A DNA stretch of 64,000 nucleotides, taken from assembly GCA_963663405.2 (NCBI GenBank), contig CAXXSM010000021.1, positions 32,001-96,000 on the forward strand, given 5' to 3'. A program made the translations under genes and the position numbers. Source of the stretch: a bacterium (GTDB lineage Bacteria > Hinthialibacterota > Hinthialibacteria > Hinthialibacterales > Hinthialibacteraceae). Below the pieces are notes generated by a model. It was not told the DNA's origin and searched no databases. It saw only the letters and a program-made list of their open reading frames with translations. Of this stretch, positions 19,733-30,396 are shown piece after piece; position 1 is the first letter of the stretch; every line of letters starts with the position of its first letter.

Positions 19733-21160
19733 TTAATTGGCCGTAAAAGACTCAATGATTTCATTAAACTGTGATTCGAGTTGTGGATACTCCGATGCAG
19801 GAACCGCGTCACAGAGAATCATATATAATACATCATCGATTTTAAACATGACGCTTTTCCGTTTCATGGAACCCAATCCATCGAGGGTGAATTCTTGTAT
19901 GCAGGTTTTTCCTTCCTGATCGCCTACAGTGATGGATTCGATCGGCCCGATTTTGAAATCTTTGGCCAGTTTTTCGATTCCTTTCCCTTCTTTTTCAAGA
20001 ATCTCTTCCAGCGGCGCGTCGATTTTCATTTCAACTCCTAAAAATCGGGCGACGCTGCCTCCTTTGGGGGGATTCATGTTGACGGTGAATAGAAACGCTT
20101 CTCCTAAAGCGGTCGTCTTTAACGTCCAACCTTCCGGCGCGGCGATCTGACAGCCGAGTTCATCGTTGTTGTAGATGCGGTCGGCGACTTCACCGGTGGC
20201 TTTCGCTTCCCGCACCTTGTTCGCGCCGTCTTTTTGGGCGTCCTCCGACAAGACAAACGAATCGAGAATCGACTGGAATTTCGGTTCCAATTGTTCCCAC
20301 TTTGAGGCGGGGACAGCGTCAAAGATAAACACATAGAGAAGCCCACCCGCTGTGAAATAGACATTCCGGCGTTTTCTCGCCTCTGCTTCATTACTAAACT
20401 GAAATTGGGAGACACATTCGAACGCTTCCAAATTCCCTACGGGTACTGGGCCGGTTCGGATCGATTGATGAGAATCACCGGCGATTCGTTTCACCGCCGC
20501 GTCATCGGCGAGAACGGCCTCTTTGGCGCCCACGTTATAGGGCAATTCCACATAAGCGAACATCCCGGTGAAACTGGCGTCGGAAGAGAGAAACGCCAAA
20601 CTTCCGGATAATGTAGGATGGACAGCGGGGATGATAATGAAATCGTTGGGAACCGAAAAAGAGATGCCAATCGTCTCATTTGAAAACCGCTTCCCCTGAA
20701 TATATTGGAACCGGTCTTTATTCACGGGAGTGTTGACGAGCAGTTTCAGTTCTCCGTTCTCTTCTTTTAAAAAATCAGCGCACATCTGTTTGTTGAGAAG
20801 CGTCCATTCTGAATCGCTTGTTTTTTTAACCTCTACGGTTTCTTCCTGAATCACTTGTATAAAGTTCTCAAAAGGTTCGATCCGTTCGATCTTGCAATTG
20901 AGCCGTATTCCATCGTTCTCCGAGAAGAGTTTCTTTATGATTTCAATAAAATCCTCCTTCTTCGGTCCAAACAACAGGCCTTTGTAATCGGAGGAATAGT
21001 AAGAGAAACAAGCGTCCACATCTTTAGCTAAAGTCGCTTGTTCCATGGAGTGATAGAACTGTTCAACTTTTTTATTCAATTCTTCATCCACTGTGAATCC
21101 AGTGGCAGCTGTGAATGCGATCAATAGGATACAGCCAAGCAGAATCCATATTTTTTTCAT
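19733..21160 (-). CDS. Secreted protein: NTF2/SnoaL-like domain plus two PsbP-like repeats
   Basis: Signal peptide MKKIWILLGC...; internal duplication ending LYxxxxDAVPAS...FxxIxxSF twice. Confidence 0.75.
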   Translation of the reverse strand: MKKIWILLGCILLIAFTAATGFTVDEELNKKVEQFYHSMEQATLAKDVDACFSYYSSDYKGLLFGPKKEDFIEIIKKLFSENDGIRLNCKIERIEPFENFIQVIQEETVEVKKTSDSEWTLLNKQMCADFLKEENGELKLLVNTPVNKDRFQYIQGKRFSNETIGISFSVPNDFIIIPAVHPTLSGSLAFLSSDASFTGMFAYVELPYNVGAKEAVLADDAAVKRIAGDSHQSIRTGPVPVGNLEAFECVSQFQFSNEAEARKRRNVYFTAGGLLYVFIFDAVPASKWEQLEPKFQSILDSFVLSEDAQKDGANKVREAKATGEVADRIYNNDELGCQIAAPEGWTLKTTALGEAFLFTVNMNPPKGGSVARFLGVEMKIDAPLEEILEKEGKGIEKLAKDFKIGPIESITVGDQEGKTCIQEFTLDGLGSMKRKSVMFKIDDVLYMILCDAVPASEYPQLESQFNEIIESFTAN

Positions 21161-21203
21161 TTTTTTATTCTCCTGTTCATGGTTATTAAGTATAAATTAG
21201 TTT

Positions 21204-21779
21204 TTAAATCCGCCCATTTTCAGAATCCTCCCGTTCGTTTGTCTCATTGTTCCCGTTTGAGGGAAGATGAGGATCCACGATGGGAACGAGAAGAAAGGCG
21301 CCCGAACCCAGCCACTCGCGTGGGAGAATTACGTTTCCATACGATGTGGGTATCGAATTCGGCTGGGGGACGATCGCCGCTTCCATCCCATTGGACGCGA
21401 TGTTCATATGGGATGGAGGGACAGTAACCGGCGTGGGCTTCCCCCATAAGAACAGGTTTAACAAGAGAGACGCGATGAACAGAATGGACGCAAGCGCGCC
21501 CACCGGCAGAGGAATCGAAAACCGCATCTGAATGAGCTCAAAAAAGATCTCTTTCAAACTTCGTTTCCGTTCAGGCGCCTCCGCTATCCGCGCCATGACG
21601 GTGAGTGTGAAATCTTCTGAAAATTCCGGCGCCTTCCATTCATCGAGCGCTTGTTCGAGCGACTCTTGTTTGCGCTGGAATTCCTGGCACGATTCACACG
21701 ATTTCCCATGCTGGATCAATTCTTCCGGCATGTGAGGATCGCCATAGGATTCTTGATAGCGGCGGCAAAGATCGTCCAT
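21204..21779 (-). CDS. Zinc-binding anti-sigma factor (ZAS)
   Basis: HxxxCxxC (HGKSCESC), single TM, immediately downstream of an ECF sigma gene. Confidence 0.85.
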   Translation of the reverse strand: MDDLCRRYQESYGDPHMPEELIQHGKSCESCQEFQRKQESLEQALDEWKAPEFSEDFTLTVMARIAEAPERKRSLKEIFFELIQMRFSIPLPVGALASILFIASLLLNLFLWGKPTPVTVPPSHMNIASNGMEAAIVPQPNSIPTSYGNVILPREWLGSGAFLLVPIVDPHLPSNGNNETNEREDSENGRI

Positions 21780-21782
21780 TAT

Positions 21783-22376
21783 TCAGCTCCTGCCATCGGT
21801 TTCGATCGACGCGAGTTTTTCTTGCAGAAGAAGCCGCGCGCGGTGCAGCCGGGATTTCACAGTGCCTTCCGGACAGCCTGTGATCTGAGCGATCTCCTCC
21901 ACGGAAAGATATTGGTATTCCCGCAGAAGAAACACTTCCCGGTACATCGGTTCAAGACGGTTTACCGTGTCAGCGATAATCCGCTCCGTTTCCCGCCGCA
22001 GCGCGGTTCCGCGTGGATTGGTCTCCGCGTCGATTGAAAATTCGTCCAGTTCCCGCAGACTCACGGATTGTAATTGTTTCTTTCGTAATTCGTCCAGGCA
22101 CAGATTCCGCGCCAGGGTGTACAACCAAGTGGTAAAGGCGGCCTTTACGGGATCGTACGAGTCAAGACGCTGGTACGCGCGCAGAAACACCTCCTGACCT
22201 AGATCCTCCGCCCATTCCCTATTTTGTGTCATCCGATACAAAAAACCGAGAACTTTGTCCCGCAGGGCTTGTACGACTTTGGCGAAAGCTCGTGTATGGC
22301 CGTTTTGGCATTGTTCGATCCATTCTTGGATCAACTGCGCCTCTCTGTTATCCCGTTCATCCTGGTTATACGGCAT
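21783..22376 (-). CDS. ECF RNA polymerase sigma factor (SigW/RpoE-like)
   Basis: AEDLGQEVFLRAY, FTTWLYTLARN, EIAQITGCPEGTVKSRLHRAR. Start uncertain (ATG 22376 or TTG 22334). Confidence 0.93.
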   Translation of the reverse strand: MPYNQDERDNREAQLIQEWIEQCQNGHTRAFAKVVQALRDKVLGFLYRMTQNREWAEDLGQEVFLRAYQRLDSYDPVKAAFTTWLYTLARNLCLDELRKKQLQSVSLRELDEFSIDAETNPRGTALRRETERIIADTVNRLEPMYREVFLLREYQYLSVEEIAQITGCPEGTVKSRLHRARLLLQEKLASIETDGRS

Positions 22377-22394
22377 CCGTGTGTCCAAGGTTCC
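22369..22394 (-). promoter_or_regulatory. Putative autoregulatory ECF promoter
   Basis: Minus strand GGAACC-N16-CGTA matches the general ECF AAC/CGT consensus. Confidence 0.55.
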
Positions 22395-22641
22395 TGAAAA
22401 ATGAAAAAAATCTGTTTTCTGGTCAATCCCAAATCCATGATCGGTCAAGATGGAAACGAAAAGTTGTTTCAAGACACGATCTATGACTCACTTCCGCAAT
22501 ACGGCTTTCATTCTGGATTTATTTCATTTTTGTCTTGGATTTGAGAGAAGGATAGTTTTCAAAATGGGGAATGATTATTATGAACTTGGAGTTGCTGAAT
22601 ATTTTATGAATTACTATTGGATCGGATAGCGCGCAGGATTG

Positions 22642-23860
22642 TTATAAAGAATTCCACTTCGCGGTTTGGTTGGTTCTATACGCGATATTTCCCAGATGCG
22701 CGCCGCTGGCCGCGCTGACGCCGGCTTCAGCGGGGGCGTAGGGTTTTTGACGGCTGCGGACGCAATCGAGCCAGTTCGTGAGATGTAATAAACTGCCGTT
22801 GGGATTGCTGTAAAAATCCGCGCCCCGCTTGCCTTGACCGAGAATCCATTCTTGATACGTTCCCGCTTCCCGTTCCGGGTGGATTTCATATCGCCCCCGG
22901 TCCATGTATAACGTAGCCTCGGTTCCCATAAATTCCATCATGGCGGCGTTGCGGGCGTTGATGAAAGTGCCCTCGAAATAGATCTGCAGTTTCTTTTCCG
23001 GATAATGAAGCAAGGTTTGGATTGTATCCGGCGTTTCCCAAATCCCTTCCGCGTAGATATTGTCACCGATTGTACACGCTTCTGTGGGATGATCGACTTC
23101 GCAGAACCAGTGCGCCACATCAAGGTAATGCACCATCAGATCCGTCAAAATCCCCCCCGCCGAAATCCCAGTAAAAACGCCAGTTGCGGAATTTATGTTC
23201 GTCAAACGGCTGGTCCGGCGCGGGGCCGAGGAATTGTTTCCAATCCAGGTCGCCCGGATTGATTCCATATGTATGTTTTTCTTTCGTCGGGCTGTTCCGA
23301 TTCCATGTAAGGTGAACTTTATGCACCTTACCCAAGGCGCCGGATTTCATGATCTCATGGGCTTTCCGAATTTGTGGCATGCTTCGCTGCTGCATGCCCA
23401 CTTGGACGATTCGTTTGTGTTTGTTTTGGGCTTCAACAACACGGGCGCCTTCAGAAAGATCATGTGTAAGGGGTTTTTCAACGTACACGTCTTTCCCCGC
23501 TTCACAGGCGTCAACCGTCATTGGGACATGCAGGTGATCAGGGCTTGCGATAATGACGGCGTCGATGGATTGGTTCTCCAAAATGTCATGATAGTTTTTT
23601 GTGGTGGATACGTCCGGTCCGGCCAATTCCTTTGCGGCCATGAGATTATGATCCCAAAGATCGCACACCGCCACGATCCGCGCGCTGAGAATCTCTTTCA
23701 GGTCTGTCATCAGGCGGCGGCAGCGTCCCCCTGTGCCAATACAGCCGATTTGAATCCTATCGTTCGCTCCCATTCCAGAGCGGCTCAGCGCGGTTATCGT
23801 CACCGCCGTTCCGGCGCCGGCGCGTTGAATGAAACTTCTCCTATGTATTGCCTTTCCCAT
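22642..23860 (-). pseudogene. Tat-exported Gfo/Idh/MocA oxidoreductase, split by one frameshift (possibly a sequence error)
   Basis: RRSFIQ, IGTGGRC, ASPDHLH, EKP motifs. G7 tract at 23152-23158; G6 would restore WDFGGGILTDLMVH. Confidence 0.88.
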
Positions 23861-23914
23861 AATCCACTTCTCCCTTTCGATTACTCATAGTTCATTTGTA
23901 TGGAAAGAATAAAC

Positions 23915-24448
23915 TTATTCCCATCCCCCACCACCGATCTGATACATATCTCCCCGGCTGCGAAGCCCGTTCGAGATATCATAGCCGAAGCCACCCCAAT
24001 TCTGATCGGGGCCAACACCGTAAACGACCCATCCCCCGCCAGCCGCTTTTTGATATTCCGGCGTACGTTCGTACCCCGTTCCGAGCAGTTCGCGGAGAAA
24101 CGAACGGCCTTCCTGAAATTTATGAAAGTGTAAAAATCCATAAGCGAAAAACGTCCGCAGCTGTTCTTCCGTTTGGAAGGGATCGGTTGGCCGGGTCGCC
24201 GTATAGGCGATTGGGGTTGTGAGCCACCAATTCTGGCGGGGAGTGTCCGTATGAATCGGCAGTTTTCCGTTGTCGATACGGTACGAAGCGATTCCCACTT
24301 CCATGACACGAAGATGTTCTCTCGTCATGGCGAGTTTCGCCCGGACTTGCGCGTTCAGAAAATTGGGGACTGCGATTGCGGCCAAGATTCCAATAATCGC
24401 GACAACAATGAGTAATTCAATCAATGTAAATCCATTTTGGGTTTTCAT
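23915..24448 (-). CDS. Prepilin-type N-terminal methylation domain protein (GspG-like pseudopilin)
   Basis: GFTLIELLIVVAIIGILAAIAVPNF class III signal peptide with Glu5. Confidence 0.92.
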   Translation of the reverse strand: MKTQNGFTLIELLIVVAIIGILAAIAVPNFLNAQVRAKLAMTREHLRVMEVGIASYRIDNGKLPIHTDTPRQNWWLTTPIAYTATRPTDPFQTEEQLRTFFAYGFLHFHKFQEGRSFLRELLGTGYERTPEYQKAAGGGWVVYGVGPDQNWGGFGYDISNGLRSRGDMYQIGGGGWE

Positions 24449-24475
24449 TGGTTCTCTCTCAGTCGTTAAAATGGC

Positions 24476-24509
24476 AAAAAGGGGTAGGCATACAACCTAC
24501 CCCTTTTTT
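24476..24509 (-). terminator. Intrinsic terminator (bidirectional type)
   Basis: AAAAAGGGGTAGG-loop-CCTACCCCTTTTTT, just past the stop of 24530-25921. Confidence 0.85.
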
Positions 24510-24529
24510 ATCCTCGATTTTTCTGATTT

Positions 24530-25921
24530 TTAATACAAGGCCCAATCTTGTACGGACGTGACGAAGGGGGATTCAAAAATACGCACGACCGTTTCTTGGA
24601 TACCGAGTTCGTTCATGTTCCCGTCTTGCCAGGCGACTGCGACTAATCCATTACGCATCGCTACACGGGGTTCACTGTCAATATAAGCAAAATTCGCTAA
24701 CGCCGCGTCGAGATCCGACGCCGCAGAAGAGACAACGAATGGGGGGGTGAAAGGAGTTCCATCCGCATTGAAGAACCGCGCTGCAATGATGGAGATGTCT
24801 TCGAAATAATCAAAGAGCGACGTGTCTTTATATACGAGCACAAAATTCCCATTTTCATCGATAGCGCCATCTACACGGCCCGCGCCTATTCCAAAGTCTG
24901 GATCTGGTTCATCCGCGTCGATTGGATCAAATTTCATTTGGCCTGTGTTATCGAAAACTGTGGCGATACAGCGCTTGCCTGTTTGAGTAGCAAGGAGATA
25001 ATCTCCATTACCATTACCGTGCCAGCCCGTGTCATCGCCGCGTCCGCCGGAATTGAGATCGCCTTCCAGGGCGATTTCGTCCGTAAGAGGATTCAGATCG
25101 TTGTCAAAGAAGCGAATCTTTACGCCATCCGCGCTGTAGCGCACGCCGAAACCATTTTGATCGGTCGCCACGCCATGCCACATTTCACCGCGGGCGTCCG
25201 CTTGCTGAACCGCGATCGGTCCGGCGATGACAGTGCGATCCGGCGCAACAATTCCACCGATCACAACCCGGTCCGCGTTGGGAAGGCCAAGATTAGGGCC
25301 GTCATCCGCTTGCCGGTCTTCACCGATTACGACAATGTTTCCATTACTCAGAAGTTCGGCGTCACCAACTCGAATGGCGCCATCTCGTTGCAGGAAATCG
25401 ATGGAAAATCCAGGAATGATTGCGCCGTTGAAGGTTCCATCATTGTTGATGATCTGAATCGCGGGCTCATCATCGCTGCCGATCTGTTCCAAGGAAGGAA
25501 TTTTATTCAGTGGATCATCTGCCCCAATCCAATCCCAGAAAGAAGAGGCGAATGTCGCGCCATCGCCATACAGGTTGGCGTGAATTTTTGGTCCCCAGCC
25601 GCCGTTGGCCGCTGTTGGTGTGCCATCATCATTCGCATAGGCGAGAATATCCGTGGTGACGCGATTTCCAGCGCTATCTATCATCACCCAGCCAGCGGCG
25701 ATATCGGCGTCGTCATCTTCCCAGCCAATGATGACATTGCCATTCGACAGAATCGCAACGCCAATACTCTCCAATCCTCCTCCATTGATGATTGGATTGT
25801 CATCATTCAATACGATATTGTCAGTAAGAGCGGTGACTCCAGCGTCAGTGACGGAAACCGGCTCCGCGAAAACGGAGACAGGAGCCATCAGAGCGAGCGC
25901 AAAAATAAAAATCTTTTTCAT
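24530..25921 (-). CDS. Secreted acidic beta-rich protein ending in TSVQDWALY
   Basis: Sec signal MKKIFIFALALMAPVSVFA; repeated LSNGNxV blade-like motifs; CAGGAG RBS. Confidence 0.85.
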   Translation of the reverse strand: MKKIFIFALALMAPVSVFAEPVSVTDAGVTALTDNIVLNDDNPIINGGGLESIGVAILSNGNVIIGWEDDDADIAAGWVMIDSAGNRVTTDILAYANDDGTPTAANGGWGPKIHANLYGDGATFASSFWDWIGADDPLNKIPSLEQIGSDDEPAIQIINNDGTFNGAIIPGFSIDFLQRDGAIRVGDAELLSNGNIVVIGEDRQADDGPNLGLPNADRVVIGGIVAPDRTVIAGPIAVQQADARGEMWHGVATDQNGFGVRYSADGVKIRFFDNDLNPLTDEIALEGDLNSGGRGDDTGWHGNGNGDYLLATQTGKRCIATVFDNTGQMKFDPIDADEPDPDFGIGAGRVDGAIDENGNFVLVYKDTSLFDYFEDISIIAARFFNADGTPFTPPFVVSSAASDLDAALANFAYIDSEPRVAMRNGLVAVAWQDGNMNELGIQETVVRIFESPFVTSVQDWALY

Positions 25922-26192
25922 TATACATCTCCTGAGTTCAAATTTTTTAGTGCAAATATCAATCTATTGTTCTATTGATCGGCCATTAAATATTAAAATA
26001 TCACCTCCTATTCTTCTTATGTCTATCGTGCAGGGCCTATTGAGGCCGCCACATCTTGTAATTAAAAAATGCATTTTACCCTATACCAGGGAAAATATAA
26101 AGAATAAAAATGAATCGCGCAAGTGTACTTTTAGAAATAAATAAAATACGAATATAAATATAGTTATTTATAATAGCATCGAAATAAGAGAA

Positions 26193-26213
26193 GGGGCGGG
26201 AAATTCCCGCCCC
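26193..26213 (-). terminator. Intrinsic terminator of the VIT-VWA gene
   Basis: GGGGCGGG-AATTT-CCCGCCCC followed by TTCTCTTATTT on the minus strand. Confidence 0.7.
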
Positions 26214-26246
26214 AACATCGAGTTGAGAAGAGAGGAGTGGTTCCTC

Positions 26247-28655
26247 TTATGTTTTTTCCGTCAGTTGTTTCAATTGTTCCTTTGTCAATTTCTCCAATCC
26301 CTTTTCCGTAATTTCCACCATAAAGCCGTTTTGAACAAAGGAGATATTTGAACCAAGCGCCAGAATGTTCGACACATCCTTGGAAATATTCGCCAGTTGG
26401 AAATAGGCTTCGCTGTACGGTTTGACCTGGATGACTTTCTTCTTCTCTTTGGCGTCGTATTGGGTGGAGATCCAATTCGGCCCTTCTTGGAAGAACGCTT
26501 GATTGCCAACGTAACGCACTCCACGTATTTGCTGTATGCTCTTTCCGCCTTGATCGCCATACGTGACGATACGGTTCTGGGTGGACATGGATTGCGCATT
26601 CTGCAGTTGCTCTTGAACCAATTCGGAATTCTCCACGGCGATTTTACCCGATGATGTTTGAAGTTTGTCGCCAAACCGTCTCGTATAATACGAATACGCC
26701 TCTTTCTTCTCCGCTTCTGTCCGCGGCTGGGCGGGTTGCGCTACTCCACTTTGATTCATGGGAGCTGAATCCGCCATCCCCATTCCCCCGCCGAATCCAA
26801 AGCCGCCTCGCTGTTCTCCTCTTCCTAGCCCTTCGGTTGTATATCCCAATGCGCGAAGCCGAGTGAGATTATGCCGGCCACCTGGGGGAGCCGGAGCCAA
26901 AGCGAGAGGCGTGTCTTCCTGCACGAGAAATGCGGTGTATTCGGTGAGAATGCCGTATTTTTTTGCTTAATCGTATCACCTCATCAGTCAGTTCCTTGTC
27001 TTTTCCATGCAGCCGGATCTCATCCATCAAGTAACCGATCCGCCGGGCGCCCCATAGCCGGGGGATGTAATCCAGATCGTCATTCTCTTTTGTAAACCGG
27101 AATTCATCGCTGAACCGCCGTTTTTCTCCATTCGTTTTGCCAGTGAGAGTGATCGTTCCTTCTCCGCCATCTTCGTAGCGTCCCAGCACAACCAGCTGCG
27201 AGCCGCTGAAAAGATCGGGCAGCTCGTTCGGATAGACTTTCGATACATCGATATCCTCGAAATCCAATTTCAGATCGGCAAGAACCGGATTCGCGATTTT
27301 TGAATACAGAGAGGAAACGATCACTTCAATATCTTCATTCGGCTTCACATATTTCGCCAAACCTTTGTTCTTCTGCGACATCCCATCCAGTAAATGCGTA
27401 TTCACGTTGAAACCAACGCCGAAGACGAAAATCCGGCATTTTTCTTCGTTCCATTTCCCTATATGTTCTAAAATTGTTTCCGGTTTCGTCTCACCCGCTG
27501 TCGGCCGTCCGTCAGTGAGAAAAAGAATGTAGGTCTGCCGTTCGTCCTCCCGGTCTTCGATCAAACCGAACGCTTCTTTCATTGCGCCGTCGATGTTGGT
27601 GCCGCCCTGCGCCTTGATCTCTTTAATCTTTGAACACGCTTCGTCAATTTCATCGTCTTTCGCGCGGGTGAGGGAGTCCGTGAGACAGTCGATCTCGTCG
27701 CTGAAGGTCACAATCGCGAAATTGTCTTTCCGGTTGAGGCTGCGCAGACAGAATTCCAGCGCTTCCTTCGCTTGATCAATTTTCTTATCGCTTCGCATAC
27801 TGCCTGATCGGTCAAGCACGAAGACTACGTTTTTCGGATTGATCTCATCCGGTTTTGGAATCGAGGGCGCCGCCAGGAGAAGGAAGAAACCCTTTTCATC
27901 ATCATCTTCTTTATATGTGAACAGATTCAAGCCGACTGGGTCTTTTGAGATCGAAAAGATCAGCTGAAAATCTTCATCGGGAACCACGTTCTCATCGCTG
28001 AATTTGATTTTCGCTTCATGTTCTTCTTCGCGTTTAGACGTGATATCGTGACTGGGTGAGTAGATGTTCCGGATTGGGTCCTGCGAATTCACATTCACGG
28101 CGATTTTCAGGAACTCAATCGGTATTTTGCAGATATGATTAGTGGCCAGCGCGAATTGGTAGCGGCAGACTCCGGCGTCGTACGAAAGGATCTCCTCATA
28201 CCGGATTTGAATCTTCTTATCCTTTTTCGGTTCGATAGGGAACACTCGCGCGCGGATCAATCCCTTGCCCACGTATGAAAGGATTCCCGGATCGCGCTGC
28301 TTGCGCACGATCGATTGATAAATCGTCTCCGCTTCTTTTTTTCAAAAATCTCCGCTTTGGTCTGTTCTCCATCGACTTTCATCGAGAATTTGGAAATATT
28401 CGCCCCGATCGGCACGGGCAGTACGTAGGTTCCTTCCATCTGGTGATTGTGTGGATTGTGAAACACTTGGATGATTTCCGTTACCGCCACCTGATCTTCG
28501 ATGGACGTTTTCACCTCAAAGCGTTTGATTGGAAGAGAAACTCCCCAGCGATTATCCTCGATTCGCTCCCCAATAATCAATCCCTGCGCGAATCCAGTCT
28601 GACAGATCGTTCCAATGGCGAGAAATACGGCGAAAACAACAGTGATCCGTTTCAT
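26247..28655 (-). pseudogene. Secreted VIT + VWA (inter-alpha-trypsin inhibitor-like) protein, split by two frameshifts
   Basis: Signal peptide, VIT domain (FHNPHNHQMEGTY), MIDAS DRSGS, LTDG. Breaks at A7 tracts 28336-28342 (A8 restores the frame) and 26958-26964 (A6 restores KKYGILTEYTAFLV). Confidence 0.88.
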
Positions 28656-29061
28656 GATACACGGCCTCCCATTCAGGATGGTTGTCTTGGCTAATTCAAC
28701 GTTTCGTTGAGAGAAAAGTTTTTTGTGGAATCGAATTTTTCCGCAATCGCAACGTCATCAAAGATGATATGATTAAATTCTCTTTTGTGTTGTCTCCTCC
28801 ACTAAGAAACATGTAAAACAGTGGTTGAGACAAGAACAATAATGTTAAAATTTAAAATAGATCTATTATTATAATATAATATTAATAGTATATATTATAT
28901 ATTCAATGAAAAATATTTGCTTATTTTGTTTGTCTGGATTGACAGAATTGAATATATATAATTATTATCGATCTATCGAATCCATGTATGGAAAATCAAG
29001 GTTGAAAGACGGATTTCAAGCGTAATCTTTCAAAAATCGCACAGCCGAAAGGATAAATCCT

Positions 29062-30396
29062 ATGGTCTCTATCCAAAATCCTGTCATAGTGATTCCAGGG
29101 ATTACAGCGTCAACTCTTCATGATGATTACCCAATGAAAACAGAAGATGTATGGTCTATGGTTTTTAACAAGGATTATAGGCGTATCGCGCCGCATCCAG
29201 ATAATCTCAAATATGAAGCTCTTGAACCAGCGCTTATTCACGCTGGCAGGCTATTTGCGTTGTATGATGATCTCATCAATCAATTACGGTATGAACTGTC
29301 CGAAACAGCTGATAGACCGACTCCTGTTTTCCCTTTTCCATACGATTGGCGGCGTGATATTAGAGAGACGGCAAAAGAATTGCGTGTTTTTGTTGAAGAA
29401 GTCATTGATCGAACTAAATTACTCCGTCACTATGCGAACTATTCTGGAAAAATAAACCTTGTTGGCCATTCCATGGGAGGTTTGATTATTTGTGAATATC
29501 TCCGCCAATTCGGAAACGACAATCGGGTCGATAAGATTGCTACATTGGGAACTCCTTTTATGGGCTCGATCGAGGCCGTAGTGAAGATTACGACAGGAAT
29601 GAGTCTTCTGGCGGGAAGCCGGCCCAGTGAACGCGAAAGAGAAGCGGCAAGAGTAACACCGGCTGTATATCAGCTCTTGCCCTCGTATAAGAATGCCATT
29701 GTTACCAAGAAGAAAGATGGGACAATTGAAAAAGAAGTGTCTCTGTTTCAACCGGATAATTGGCAATATGGAATTTTGGAAAGCTTGGCGGAGTATATAC
29801 GCCTTCACTCTGTGACTGACTACAAGACAAAGAAAGATCAATTCAAAAAGGCTGAGGGAACTTTAAAAAATCTTCTCTCCGCGGTGGAAGATCACCGGAA
29901 TGGAGTTAAGAGTCTAAAACTGGATTCGCTGGGGCTTTCGGATGAAAAATGGCTTGCCATTGTTGGATTAGGGGAAAAAACGCGTCTTCAAATTACAATT
30001 AACAACATTCAAAATAAGAAAAAACTGCGATTTGAACTGTCAGAAGATCAGTTTATTAATGAATGGGAATATACTAAAGAGAAACATGATATGGAGAATA
30101 CTGGAGATGCGACCGTTCCGTTTAAAGGCGCATGTCCGCCATTTAAAGGTATTGATAAAAATCAGCTCGTTTGTGTGAGTGAGAAAGATTTAGGATTCTG
30201 GGAATTAAGAGATCGAGCATCAGAGGATATCATCGGTCTTCACGGTCTTTTACCGAGAATTAATCTCGTTCAACGGCTTATTGTTAAGCATTTTTACCCG
30301 TCTTATAAAGGGAAAACTTGGGGGATGCCTGCGCCAGGCGCATATGATGATTGGAAGCCTCCAATTGCCAATTTAGTAAAGAAAAAATTAGATTAA
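29062..30396 (+). CDS. LCAT/PGAP1-like alpha/beta hydrolase (lipase/acyltransferase)
   Basis: VIVIPGI, FPYDWR, GHSMGG nucleophile elbow, GTPFMGS, GDATVP, distal His. Confidence 0.88.
   Translation: MVSIQNPVIVIPGITASTLHDDYPMKTEDVWSMVFNKDYRRIAPHPDNLKYEALEPALIHAGRLFALYDDLINQLRYELSETADRPTPVFPFPYDWRRDIRETAKELRVFVEEVIDRTKLLRHYANYSGKINLVGHSMGGLIICEYLRQFGNDNRVDKIATLGTPFMGSIEAVVKITTGMSLLAGSRPSEREREAARVTPAVYQLLPSYKNAIVTKKKDGTIEKEVSLFQPDNWQYGILESLAEYIRLHSVTDYKTKKDQFKKAEGTLKNLLSAVEDHRNGVKSLKLDSLGLSDEKWLAIVGLGEKTRLQITINNIQNKKKLRFELSEDQFINEWEYTKEKHDMENTGDATVPFKGACPPFKGIDKNQLVCVSEKDLGFWELRDRASEDIIGLHGLLPRINLVQRLIVKHFYPSYKGKTWGMPAPGAYDDWKPPIANLVKKKLD

Noticed and set aside
24938-25978. 346-aa + strand ORF
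   Set aside because: Antisense to a well-formed secreted-protein gene with RBS and terminator; no recognisable motifs.
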